The notes under the pieces: model-generated
Told to the model about the DNA's origin: nothing
The model's input: the letters and a program-made list of their open reading frames with translations, nothing else
The model's database searches: none
Assembly (NCBI GenBank): GCA_963835065.1
Contig: CAWIEK010000068.1
Span: 93,986-157,985 of the forward strand
Length of the DNA stretch: 64,000 bases
Direction of reading: 5' to 3'
From: an uncultured Chthonomonadaceae bacterium
GTDB lineage: Bacteria > Armatimonadota > Chthonomonadetes > Chthonomonadales > Chthonomonadaceae
Position numbers and translations under genes: made by a program
Part shown: positions 1 to 8,932 of the stretch, one piece after another
Numbering within the stretch: the first letter of the stretch is position 1
How the letters are laid out: each line of letters begins with the position of its first letter

Positions 1-1
1 A

Positions 2-730
2 GGTGCGAATCGCGCCGTGTTCCTCCGAATTTGCCAGCAGATACCAATGCTGGCTGACCTCGCGCAAATGGTAGGGGGAAACGAGCAGTATTTTTTCGCA
101 GTCCGTCGCCGGCGACCAGTACATCAAATGCAGTTTGCGGTTGGAGCGCATGGCGCGGCGAATGGTTTCCAGCAGGGGACGCTGAATGCTGTGGGAGGTG
201 AGTCCCAGGTGAATGGGCGCTTCTTCCGCTCCCATTGCCGGGCTGTCTGCCGAGGATTGGGTGTTCGCCGGACTGTGGTCTTCCGCGCGCGTTTCGTTTT
301 CCGGCTGTCCGGCGTTTTCGGCGCAGGGTGACGGAGTTTGCGCTTGCGTACCCGATGCCTGGCTGCCGGATGTCAGCAAATGCGCCACTTTTTTCAGGCC
401 GGAGCGCAAATCGGCGGCAAAAAAATTGTCATGTGCCAGAGCGGGATTGGAAGCTGAGGTGAACAGCGCCAGGGCTTCCGAAGGCGTAAGCGTCAGGGGC
501 GGCAGGTTCAACTCGCCTTCGAGCAGGTAGCGCCCTTCGCGCCGGCTATACCGTTTCTGGAGGGAGTTCCCTTTTTCCAGATTACGCAGGTCACGATACA
601 CCGTGCGTTCCGAAATATGCAGTTCTTCGGCCAGCATGGTGGGGGTGATGTCCTGGCACACCCGCATCCGATTGGCGATGTAACTCAGGCGATCCGATTT
701 GTACAAACGATCCGATTTTTTGACGTTCAT
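2..730 (-). CDS. HTH-WYL domain transcriptional regulator (runs off window edge)
   Basis: Manual translation from ATG 730: HTH 'LAEELHISERTVYRDLRNLE', then WYL-like 'IRRAMRSNRKLHLMYWSP...VSPYHLREVSQHWYLLA'. Absent from the ORF track because there is no stop in the window. Confidence 0.85.
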   Translation of the reverse strand, partial: MNVKKSDRLYKSDRLSYIANRMRVCQDITPTMLAEELHISERTVYRDLRNLEKGNSLQKRYSRREGRYLLEGELNLPPLTLTPSEALALFTSASNPALAHDNFFAADLRSGLKKVAHLLTSGSQASGTQAQTPSPCAENAGQPENETRAEDHSPANTQSSADSPAMGAEEAPIHLGLTSHSIQRPLLETIRRAMRSNRKLHLMYWSPATDCEKILLVSPYHLREVSQHWYLLANSEEHGAIRT

Positions 731-888
731 GGCAGCTTTCTTTCTACGGGGGAACTTGCTACAACAGAACTTGCGACAAGCGGGTATGTTTCAGGAACAC
801 GCCCGAATCAAAGTCTATCACCCGATGGTGCGTAACTCTAATTGCTTATAACCATGATACCGCGTTTTCAGTTTATTTGAAAAGAGAT

Positions 889-910
889 TTTGACAAAAAG
901 TATTGTCAAA
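889..910. promoter_or_regulatory. Palindrome TTTGACAA-N6-TTGTCAAA, candidate operator
   Basis: Perfect 8-bp inverted repeat between the divergent WYL and glycerate kinase genes; contains TTGACA. Confidence 0.45.
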
Positions 911-969
911 GGACAAAATTTCACCGCAGGCAACGCCTGCCTGCGCAGTTCAGGAGGAAACATTCCGGC

Positions 970-2169
970 ATGGCGCGCTTCAGCACAGATTCAGACCAAA
1001 ATTTACGCGCGGCAGAGGGGTTACGGACGCGGCGCGTTCTCATCTGCCCGAACGCTTTCAAAGGCAGCCTGTCCGCCGGATTGGCGGCGCAGGCAATTGC
1101 GACAGGATTGCGGCGGGGCTACGCGAACCGCCCGCTGGAACTGGTTTGCCTCCCACTGGCGGATGGCGGCGATGGAACGATGGAAACCCTTGTCGCGGCA
1201 ACGGGAGGGCAAACGCATGAGCATCGCGTACGTGGGCCTTTCGGCAAATCCCGATGGGCGCATTGGGGGCAGTTGGGCGGCGCGCAGGGGGATATGGCGA
1301 TCATTGAAATGGCGGAAGCGGCGGGATTGCGCCTGTTGTCGCCCGGTCAGGCCGACCCGCGCATAACCACTACCTACGGCGTGGGCGAACTGATGCTGGA
1401 AGCCGCGCATCGGGGCTGCCGCATTCTGGTTCTGGGCATCGGGGGCAGCGCGACCAATGACGGCGGCGCGGGCATGGCGCAGGCGTTGGGCGCGCGGCTG
1501 CTGGACGCGCAGGGGCAGGAACTTCCACAAGGCGGGGCGGCTCTTCGACAGTTGGCGAGCATTGACCTGAGCGGATGGCGGCTTCCTCCCCATGTTCAGG
1601 TGACGGTTGCCTGCGATGTGGATAACCCGCTGTGTGGACCGATGGGCGCATCCGCCATTTACGGCCCGCAAAAAGGCGCGGACGCCGTGACCGTTCTCGA
1701 ACTCGATGGGGCGCTGTCGCATTACGCCGATGTATTGGAAGCCCACACGAACCTGCAAGTACGGGATGTGCCGGGGGCGGGCGCGGCAGGCGGATTGGGC
1801 GCGGGGTTAATGGCGTTTTGTGGCGCGACGCTGATGCCCGGAACCGACATGGCGCTGGAAATCACGGGCTTTGAGGACAATCTGGCGGGGTGTGATCTGG
1901 TGATTACGGGTGAGGGGCGCTTGGATGCGCAGACGGCGCGCGGCAAAGTGATTGCGGGCGTGGCGAAACAAGCGCAGGCGCGGAATATCCCTGTGGTGGC
2001 GCTGGCGGGCAGCGTGGAAGCAGGCGCGGAAGAGGAACTGCGCGCGCTGGGGCTGTCGGTCGCCCTGAGCATCGTGCAGCATCCTCTTCCTATAGAAACC
2101 GCGATGGCGGAAGGTTATCGCCTGCTGATGGAGGCTGCCGAGCGCGTGGGCAGGCTGCTGTCCCTGTGA
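970..2169 (+). CDS. glxK: Glycerate kinase
   Basis: Motifs PNAFKGSL, PLADGGDGT, GIGGSATNDGG, GAGAAGGLG, ITGEG; AGGAGG upstream of ATG 970. Confidence 0.93.
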   Translation: MARFSTDSDQNLRAAEGLRTRRVLICPNAFKGSLSAGLAAQAIATGLRRGYANRPLELVCLPLADGGDGTMETLVAATGGQTHEHRVRGPFGKSRWAHWGQLGGAQGDMAIIEMAEAAGLRLLSPGQADPRITTTYGVGELMLEAAHRGCRILVLGIGGSATNDGGAGMAQALGARLLDAQGQELPQGGAALRQLASIDLSGWRLPPHVQVTVACDVDNPLCGPMGASAIYGPQKGADAVTVLELDGALSHYADVLEAHTNLQVRDVPGAGAAGGLGAGLMAFCGATLMPGTDMALEITGFEDNLAGCDLVITGEGRLDAQTARGKVIAGVAKQAQARNIPVVALAGSVEAGAEEELRALGLSVALSIVQHPLPIETAMAEGYRLLMEAAERVGRLLSL

Positions 2170-2777
2170 CCAACCGGGCGCGTCAGGATTGTACGCGGAC
2201 GGGCGCGCAGGGGCGTATTTGGCGCGTCCTCCTGCCCGATCTGACTGGCGAGCGGCGCGAACCCGATAAATACGGCCCACCCCGCAACGACAAGGATGGC
2301 AATTCCGCGCTGCGCCTTGACGAGCGCAGCGCGCTTGTTCTGGTTGAAGGCGGCGGCAACCCCCGGCAGGCACAGCCAGAACCCGGTAATGACCGCCAGT
2401 GTGAGCAGGCTAATTGCAGCGGCGGCTCCCAGCCCGTAAGCAACCATCAGGGAGGGAACGCCCTTGACGGGGATCAACGCTCCCGGCTGCCAGAAATGCT
2501 GCAAGCGCGCGAACAGCCCCGACATACACGCGAACGCCAGCATTGTCGTCAGGCTGACGCCAAGCAGCGCGAGCCGGCCCCAGCGCTTGCGCTCCAGCGT
2601 TCCCCAGGCGGCAATCAGCGGGAAAATCGCGGCCATAGCGTAGCGGCTCCTGTGCGTAATCAAGAGCGAGTCGAAAAGCGTATAGGCCGCCGCCACAGCC
2701 CATAACCCGGCGAGGATGTTGGTCGAAATTACTGCAAACCGATGCGCCTTTGGCATCGTTTGGTCTTGCCCTTCCAT
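2115..2777 (-). CDS. Hypothetical membrane protein
   Basis: About five hydrophobic segments; 3' end overlaps glxK by 55 bp. Confidence 0.65.
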   Translation of the reverse strand: MEGQDQTMPKAHRFAVISTNILAGLWAVAAAYTLFDSLLITHRSRYAMAAIFPLIAAWGTLERKRWGRLALLGVSLTTMLAFACMSGLFARLQHFWQPGALIPVKGVPSLMVAYGLGAAAAISLLTLAVITGFWLCLPGVAAAFNQNKRAALVKAQRGIAILVVAGWAVFIGFAPLASQIGQEDAPNTPLRARPRTILTRPVGHRDSSLPTRSAASISRR

Positions 2778-3418
2778 GCGAATGGTAACTCCTGAATTCC
2801 CCGAAGAACCACTTCACCTGCATAAACCCTGCTCAGAAACGCGCGCTTCGGATGGCGCGTTCCAACAAAGAAAGTTCTTCAAACTAAAAATGGATGATGA
2901 ATGACCGTTCGGAACGGCCTCAACGGGAGGAACAGTCGGCGGGAACTGACAGCCTACAACGCGGCGTGGGCATAAAGCCAACAACAGGAGAAGGGTAAGG
3001 AACGGCGGGCGCGAAACATTTAAGCGTGGAGCGTTCGGCGGCGGACAGAATCAAGAGAAGCGCGAACGCGCGCGAGCGATGTCTTCGGCACAGCAAACAA
3101 CGCTGCTTGTAAGCGGCCTGTGCAGACCGCCTTGTGGATGCGGCAGGCATCCGGGCAACAAAGCTTACGGCCACAGCAGGGTGGCAAGTGTCCGAGCAAC
3201 AGAAGGAGGATGGGCAATACGAGGGTATTACCTTCCCTTTAGACAACGCGCTTTAGACGAAGTTTCGGCAGATTTATAAAAATTTTCACCGTAGGATTAC
3301 CTGCTTCAAAGCCCTGAAACAGTATAACACAGAAAAGGCCGTTTAACACCGTTACGGGAGTTAAACAGCCTGTATTTTACAGGTGGATTAAATTTTCAGC
3401 AGGCTAAATGGACGAAGG

Positions 3419-3772
3419 TTAGAAAATCTTGCGGACAAAATTGACGACGCGGGCGGCTACCAGCACTCCGGTCAGGGCGGCTCCCACGCTGCGCGCCTGC
3501 CGCGTCACCTGCGTACCGGCGGAATCCGCGTTGCCAAGCAGGTTTTGCGTCTGCGCATGAACAATGTCAACCGTATTGGAGGCTTTCACCGCGACACCTT
3601 TGGCCTGATTGCTGACGCGCCGTATTTGTATGCGCCCTTCGTCTACCAGCGGCATCACCTTTTTGTACAAAACGAACACGAGTACGGAAATCCCGACGGT
3701 CCAGATAAGCGTCAGGAGAAAATACAGGCCGGACAATACAAGCCACCAGGTTGGAACGTTTACGGTTTGCAT
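3419..3772 (-). CDS. Hypothetical membrane protein (TM plus amphipathic helix, DUF948-like)
   Basis: N-terminal TM followed by a helical region; near a YtxH gene. Confidence 0.65.
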   Translation of the reverse strand: MQTVNVPTWWLVLSGLYFLLTLIWTVGISVLVFVLYKKVMPLVDEGRIQIRRVSNQAKGVAVKASNTVDIVHAQTQNLLGNADSAGTQVTRQARSVGAALTGVLVAARVVNFVRKIF

Positions 3773-3781
3773 CAGGGTCTC

Positions 3782-3912
3782 TCAGGGGTCAGGATTCAGG
3801 ATTCAGGGGTCAGGGGGCATCGGCTTGCCTTGTGAATCGTATTGTTCAAGTAAGCAGGGAGTCAAGGAATACAGTCTCTTTCCTGACCCCTGAATCCTGA
3901 ATCCTGACCCCT
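3782..3912. repeat. Inverted pair of heptamer arrays (CAGGRKT)n / (CCTGAMY)n
   Basis: caggggt caggatt caggatt caggggt ... cctgacc cctgaat cctgaat cctgacc. Confidence 0.8.
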
Positions 3913-3915
3913 CAC

Positions 3916-4371
3916 CTACGCGCCTCTGCCGGGGTTGGGCTTGACGTTGACTTTTGGCAGCACGGCGCGGAGCAGTTCGGCGTAATGCTGCGCGGCCTTG
4001 AGCGCTGTCATGTTTTCGCGTTTGGCTGTCTGCGCGTCTACGGTGTAGAACAGCTTGCCTTTGATGGTGATCTTGGCTTCGCTTTTGCCGTTGGATACTG
4101 CTTGTATGTCCGTCGGCTTGAGGTCGGCGTCGCCCAGAAAGTTTACAAGGCGCTCGGTCACTTTGTCGGCGCGCTGTTTGACGCTCAGGCCACCGGCGGG
4201 GAAATAGATGGTCAGGACGTGTTCGCCCCCGACTGCCACTTCGCCTTCATTCGCGGCGCGGGCTTTGGGGCTGCAAGTGAGCAATCCACAGGCAGCCCCA
4301 AGCGTCAAAAGTACGCCGGTTCTTCGGTTCAAAGACGCGGAAGAAGGTTTACGCGTTAATCGTATAAACAT
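3916..4371 (-). CDS. Secreted hypothetical protein
   Basis: ATG 4371; signal-peptide-like N-terminus ending KARA-A. Confidence 0.7.
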   Translation of the reverse strand: MFIRLTRKPSSASLNRRTGVLLTLGAACGLLTCSPKARAANEGEVAVGGEHVLTIYFPAGGLSVKQRADKVTERLVNFLGDADLKPTDIQAVSNGKSEAKITIKGKLFYTVDAQTAKRENMTALKAAQHYAELLRAVLPKVNVKPNPGRGA

Positions 4372-4426
4372 AAGATTTACCTCGCCACAGCGCGAAAAGT
4401 TTTCAAAAAGTGTCGGCGGGTATCCT

Positions 4427-4738
4427 TCACGACACCTTATTGACAGCCTCATGCGCTTTGTCGGCAGTGTTGTCAATCGCGTCATGCGCCGCGCCCTGAC
4501 CGCGATTAACGATGTCCTGCGCCTTATCCGTCAGTTGGCCCCATTTGTCGCGGGCGGTGGTGGCAACGGTAGACGTATAATCCGTCGCTTTGTCTTTCAC
4601 GTCACCGGCGCGCTCGGCAATGATGCGGCGCGTCGCTTCCCCCTCTTGCGGCGCGTACAGCAACGCGACAGCGGCTCCCGTCGCGGCTCCCAACAGGAAA
4701 AACACCAGATTTCCGCCCCAACCAGAATCTCGGCTCAT
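4427..4738 (-). CDS. YtxH domain protein
   Basis: 'FLLGAATGAAVALLYAPQEGEATRRII' YtxH signature. Confidence 0.88.
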   Translation of the reverse strand: MSRDSGWGGNLVFFLLGAATGAAVALLYAPQEGEATRRIIAERAGDVKDKATDYTSTVATTARDKWGQLTDKAQDIVNRGQGAAHDAIDNTADKAHEAVNKVS

Positions 4739-4986
4739 GTTCCTCTCCTTTTCCTTCTTAAACTTAATTCATTTCTTGCTTCTGCACATCCTGAAAGCGC
4801 TTGGTCATACGCTCCTCTAAGAAGCCACGCGATTACTCGCCCGCTTCCCCTAGGAGCGCTATTTGAATCCTGACGAGCGAGCAAGCCGGTTTGTTCCCGA
4901 ATAGGAGGAGAAGAGGAGAAAAGGAGAGGGAGACAAGGAGACAGAAGACGGAAACAGTTAAACCGACAATCGGCAATCGAAAATCG

Positions 4987-6045
4987 TTAATCGTCAATCG
5001 TCAATTCTGTTAGCACGGCGAACAATTCTTCTACGGTTTGGGTCCGCTTGATGGCTTCGAAATAGGGAAAGTTATTGTGCGTAGAGGCCATGCGCAGCCA
5101 TTGCTTCAGGCGCAGGACGGTACGCGGCGAAGGTTTTTCGCCGAAGAACTCCATGTAGCCGATAAGCCGCCGCAGGTGGGGGCGCCAATCCATTCGAGGC
5201 GGCATTTCGCTATTGTTTTCCTCATTGGTTTGTTGTTGAATATCATTTTGAATTGCGTTGTAAATGTCGTTTTCTGATTGGCTTTGGATTTGTTGGGCCG
5301 CAATGCCGAGTTCGCGGGCGATTTGGAGGGGCAAATAGGGGTTTGCCATTGCGCCACGCCCCAGCATAAAGTGGCGGCAGCCGGTTTCATTTTGGCAGCG
5401 TCGAAAATCTTCCAGCGTCCAGATGTCGCCATTGGCAACAACGGGAATATCAAGCCGTTCGCGTACCTGCCCGATGGGATTCCAGTAGGCGGGCGGGGCG
5501 TAACCGGCAACGCGGGTTCGGCCATGAATGGTCAGCCATGACGCGCCGCCTTCCGCCGCCATATCGGCGTTTTCCAGAATGTCGTGGATGTTGTCCCAAC
5601 CCAGCCGCATCTTGGCGGAAACGGGAATATCGGCAGGAACCGCCTGGCGGATCGCGCCGACGATTTCGCGGATACGGTGTGGGTACTTGAGCAGGGTCGC
5701 GCCGCCGTCGTTGCGGTTCACGGTGGGCGCGGGACAGCCGAAGTTGATGTCAATGGCCTGTGCGCCCGCCCTCCAAGCATTGAAAGCGGACAGCGCCATC
5801 CGGGCGGCATCGCCGCCGAGCAATTGCACCTGAACCGGCAGTCCCGTCGGCGTCAGCCCACACGTTCGGAGTTCGGGCACGGAGCGCGCGAAGACGCGGC
5901 GGGGCAGAACATCGTGGCTGACGCGAACGAACTCCGACACGGCAAAAGTAAACGCGCCCGATTCGCCTTGCAGGGCGCGCATGGGAGCGTCCGTCACGCC
6001 CTGCATGGGCGCCAGTATCAATGCGGGAATTTCAGAATTCAGCAT
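4987..6045 (-). CDS. tRNA-dihydrouridine synthase (DusC-like)
   Basis: LAPMQGVTD, DINFGCP, SAKMRLGW, TIHGRT, VANGDI, MLGRGA. Confidence 0.93.
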   Translation of the reverse strand: MLNSEIPALILAPMQGVTDAPMRALQGESGAFTFAVSEFVRVSHDVLPRRVFARSVPELRTCGLTPTGLPVQVQLLGGDAARMALSAFNAWRAGAQAIDINFGCPAPTVNRNDGGATLLKYPHRIREIVGAIRQAVPADIPVSAKMRLGWDNIHDILENADMAAEGGASWLTIHGRTRVAGYAPPAYWNPIGQVRERLDIPVVANGDIWTLEDFRRCQNETGCRHFMLGRGAMANPYLPLQIARELGIAAQQIQSQSENDIYNAIQNDIQQQTNEENNSEMPPRMDWRPHLRRLIGYMEFFGEKPSPRTVLRLKQWLRMASTHNNFPYFEAIKRTQTVEELFAVLTELTIDD

Positions 6046-6172
6046 AATTCAAAGCCATAGGAAACAGCCACGCCGTTTCCTATGGCGATGGCAGGGTTGT
6101 CACCCGGAACAGAGTGAACGTCCCTTTCTATTGTACTTTACTTTCTGCTAAACCGGGCGGGGTTTGCCGCGT

Positions 6173-6457
6173 TTACCCTTGCGTGGATTGCGCGATCAGC
6201 CGCGTGAACGCTTGTATGCCCCTGATAACCTCCTGATTGTTGGTCAGGCGGCTTACGGTGCTTTCAAACTCGCGCCCGATGGCCTGCTGCCGCTGCCGCA
6301 GTTCGCGCGTTTCCGCTTCGCGCTGTTCCCGTTCCTGCTTCAAGCCGTCCGCCTGCCGCTCCGTTTGTAATTTCAGGTTCAGGGTTTCCTGTTCCTGCAC
6401 TCGCAGCCGTTCGCGCAATTCCACCACGTCTTCACGCGGGCAATGCGCTTCCTCCAT
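6173..6457 (-). CDS. Small coiled-coil hypothetical protein
   Basis: Starts 3 nt after the wrbA stop; E/R/Q-rich. Confidence 0.55.
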   Translation of the reverse strand: MEEAHCPREDVVELRERLRVQEQETLNLKLQTERQADGLKQEREQREAETRELRQRQQAIGREFESTVSRLTNNQEVIRGIQAFTRLIAQSTQG

Positions 6458-6460
6458 CCT

Positions 6461-7072
6461 TCATCCTTGCTTGAGCGCCTTCGCTACTTGCGCCACGCGC
6501 TTGCCCTGATGCCGGGCGACGGCGAGGTCTTCTTCGGTAGGCGGCGCGTTGTTCTGACCAGAAACGGTACTGGCTCCATAGGGTGTGCCGGCGACGAACA
6601 GGGCGGGGTCGCCATAGCCGAGCGGCACGATAACAAGTCCTAAATGCGCCATGAAGTTGTACATGGAAATGTTGGTGCTTTCGTTGCCGCCGTGCAGCGA
6701 AGACGTAGATGTGAACGCGCTGCCCACCTTGCCGTTCAGGACGCCGCGCTGCCACAGGCCGCCGAGCGAATCAACGTAGCTTTTCAGTTCCGCCGACACG
6801 TTGCCGAAGCGCGTGGGCGATCCAAAAATAATGGCGTCCGCCGTTTCCGCGTCTTCAAGGGTGGGCTGCGGATATTTGGCTTTCAAGCGCTCCCGGCTTT
6901 CCTGCCAGCCGGGCACATTGCTGATAATGCTGTCGGAGATAAACTCATCCACGCGGCGCAATTCCACCTGCGCCCCTTCAGCCCGCGCGCCCTCGGCAAT
7001 GCCTTCAGCTAAGGCCGCCGTACTGCCATTGCGCGAGTAAAACACGATTACGATCTTGACGGTATCTGACAT
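6461..7072 (-). CDS. wrbA: NAD(P)H:quinone oxidoreductase WrbA
   Basis: FYSRNGST, FGSPTRFGN, GKVGSAFTST..HGGNEST, GTPYGAS. Confidence 0.93.
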   Translation of the reverse strand: MSDTVKIVIVFYSRNGSTAALAEGIAEGARAEGAQVELRRVDEFISDSIISNVPGWQESRERLKAKYPQPTLEDAETADAIIFGSPTRFGNVSAELKSYVDSLGGLWQRGVLNGKVGSAFTSTSSLHGGNESTNISMYNFMAHLGLVIVPLGYGDPALFVAGTPYGASTVSGQNNAPPTEEDLAVARHQGKRVAQVAKALKQG

Positions 7073-7097
7073 TTCGGATTCCTTTCACAAAAGCAAG

Positions 7098-7217
7098 GTT
7101 TCAGGTGTCAGGTGTCAGGTGTCAGGAAATGCGCTATTTCTTTCGGCTTTCCTGTCGCTGATACGATACAAATCTAGGAAGATGATTCCTGACCCCTGAC
7201 CCCTGACACCTGAAACC
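7098..7217. repeat. Inverted pair of heptamer arrays (TCAGGTG)n / (CCTGACM)n
   Basis: Read directly; the second array forms the 3' end of the MarR gene (QVSGVRGQ). Confidence 0.8.
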
Positions 7218-7683
7218 TTTCCCTTTCCTGTGCCAACCCAAGCTGTTTGAGCAGGCGCGCGGCCTGTTCTTGTTCGGGGGGCGATAAGGCGGACATGATT
7301 TGCCGTATCCGCTCGGCATGGCCGGGAAACAACGCGGCGATTTTAGCCCTGCCGGATTCTGTCAGGTCGGCCAACATGCGGCGGCGGTCGGTCGGGCAGG
7401 CCACGCGCATCACTAATCCCTGCTTTTCCAGTTGGTCAATCACATAGGTCATGCTGCCACTGGTCAGCAGGACGCGCTCGGCTATCGCGCCCAATGCCGT
7501 CGGCCCTTTGTGGTACAGCAGTTCCAGCACGGCAAACTCGCTTGCGCTCAGGTCATACCGCGCCATCTCCTGACGCATCTGTTCCGTGATGCTGTTGGTG
7601 CAGCGCATCAGCACGACAAACAGATGCAGCGCGCTTTGGGTCGCGTCGTCGCGGACGGGCGGTGGCTCAGGTTCAGATTTCAT
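7174..7683 (-). CDS. MarR family regulator, MhqR-like
   Basis: 'SEFAVLELLYHKG...LLTSGSMTYVIDQLE...CPTDRR...FPGHA' resembles Bacillus MhqR; upstream of wrbA. Confidence 0.9.
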   Translation of the reverse strand: MKSEPEPPPVRDDATQSALHLFVVLMRCTNSITEQMRQEMARYDLSASEFAVLELLYHKGPTALGAIAERVLLTSGSMTYVIDQLEKQGLVMRVACPTDRRRMLADLTESGRAKIAALFPGHAERIRQIMSALSPPEQEQAARLLKQLGLAQERERFQVSGVRGQESSS

Positions 7684-7700
7684 ACTTCATGCCTATTTAG

Positions 7701-7726
7701 TTTGAACTCAAATGGATTGAATTCAA
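7701..7726. promoter_or_regulatory. Tandem palindromes TTTGAACTCAAA and TTGAATTCAA, probable MarR operator
   Basis: Two related dyads 18-43 bp upstream of the MarR start. Confidence 0.55.
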
Positions 7727-8037
7727 GAGGGTTTACGAACAACAGTGGAGGCTGGTTCCCTGCAAAGCGGCGGGGAGAAGATAAAGTGTTTAGTGGAAGA
7801 GTGAGAACGGCGAATTGTTCCCTTATTCGCTTTTTTATTCTTCGCGCGCCCAACAAACTGATCTTTTCTCGCAAAAGGAACGCGCCAAAGTTGCGAAACG
7901 CGGTTTGTGCCGATATAGTAATGGTAGATACAGAAACTCAGGCTGATTTCCGGTTCGCGCATCTCCCCCGTCCCTGTTGGAAAGCGGGGAGTGATGGCGC
8001 AGGCGGCAAGTCAGGTTTGTCAGGAAAGGAAACGCTC

Positions 8038-8670
8038 ATGTCCCTCGCTCAAGTGCAGGCAACCGTCGCTTTGTTCGTTGCCCTGATGATTTCATTGACC
8101 GGTCTGCTGACTTCGGTGGCGATTTTGCTGCCGGCCCATGCGCAGCGCGCCGAAGTCGCTCTGGAACAGTCGCCCAAACGCTGCCTGTTTGTCGGCCTGC
8201 TGACGCTGCTCCTGTTTGTCTTCGGCATCGTTTTACTCAACATTCCCAATCCCCTGCTGAAGCTGGTCGGCTTCGTGATTGATACTGCTATCAGCGGCAT
8301 TGTCACGGTTGGCGGGGCGGGCATGGCGCAGTTGATGGGCAAGCGCATCAGCGAAATGTCGGGCGCGAAAACCACGTTTGGCGCGTTGGTACGGGGCAGC
8401 GCGGCGTACAGCGTGGCCGTGTTCTTCCCCTACATCGGCTGGTTCGTGCTGGCTCCCCTGTCTATCGTGTGCGGGCTGGGCGCGGGAATGAGGGCTATGC
8501 GCGCGCCTGACCTGCAATCGGTTCCCCTGCCCTGGCAGCAACAGCCCGCGTTCGCCGGCGCGTCCCTGATGCCGACAACGGCTGCCCCGGTTCAGGAAAC
8601 GACTTCCATGTACATGCCGTCCGCGCAGCCGAACAATGCGTCCACGCAGGAAAACCGGTTGGGACAGTGA
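8038..8670 (+). CDS. Hypothetical multi-pass membrane protein
   Basis: AAGGA RBS, ATG 8038, 4-5 TM segments and a low-complexity tail. Confidence 0.75.
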   Translation: MSLAQVQATVALFVALMISLTGLLTSVAILLPAHAQRAEVALEQSPKRCLFVGLLTLLLFVFGIVLLNIPNPLLKLVGFVIDTAISGIVTVGGAGMAQLMGKRISEMSGAKTTFGALVRGSAAYSVAVFFPYIGWFVLAPLSIVCGLGAGMRAMRAPDLQSVPLPWQQQPAFAGASLMPTTAAPVQETTSMYMPSAQPNNASTQENRLGQ

Positions 8671-8725
8671 TTGCAGGGCGTAGGCAGTAGGCAGTAGGGA
8701 GTAGGCATTTAGAACGTCTGCTCTT

Positions 8726-8887
8726 AGATACAGCCGGGGATTTTAAATCCCCGGCAACACAAAACAAGCGTCTTGCAGACGCAACTCTGTAGGAAGATGC
8801 CTGCGGACGCGATTCTGTAGGAAGATTCCCGCGTCCGTAGGACGCTTGCACTTTCCTGCCGGGGATTTTCAATCCCCGGCTGTATCT
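8726..8887. repeat. REP/REPIN-like palindromic element, copy 1
   Basis: GCCGGGGATT-N3-AATCCCCGGC at both ends; inner GCGTCY-N3-RGACGC palindromes. Confidence 0.8.
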
Positions 8888-8932
8888 CACAGTGAGCGTT
8901 TAGAAAAACGGTTGGAATAGCGAGCGTGATTT

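Noticed and set aside
2920..3246. Cys-rich minus-strand ORFs in the 2.8-3.4 kb gap
   Set aside because: No recognisable domain or clear RBS; competing frames; cannot be supported.
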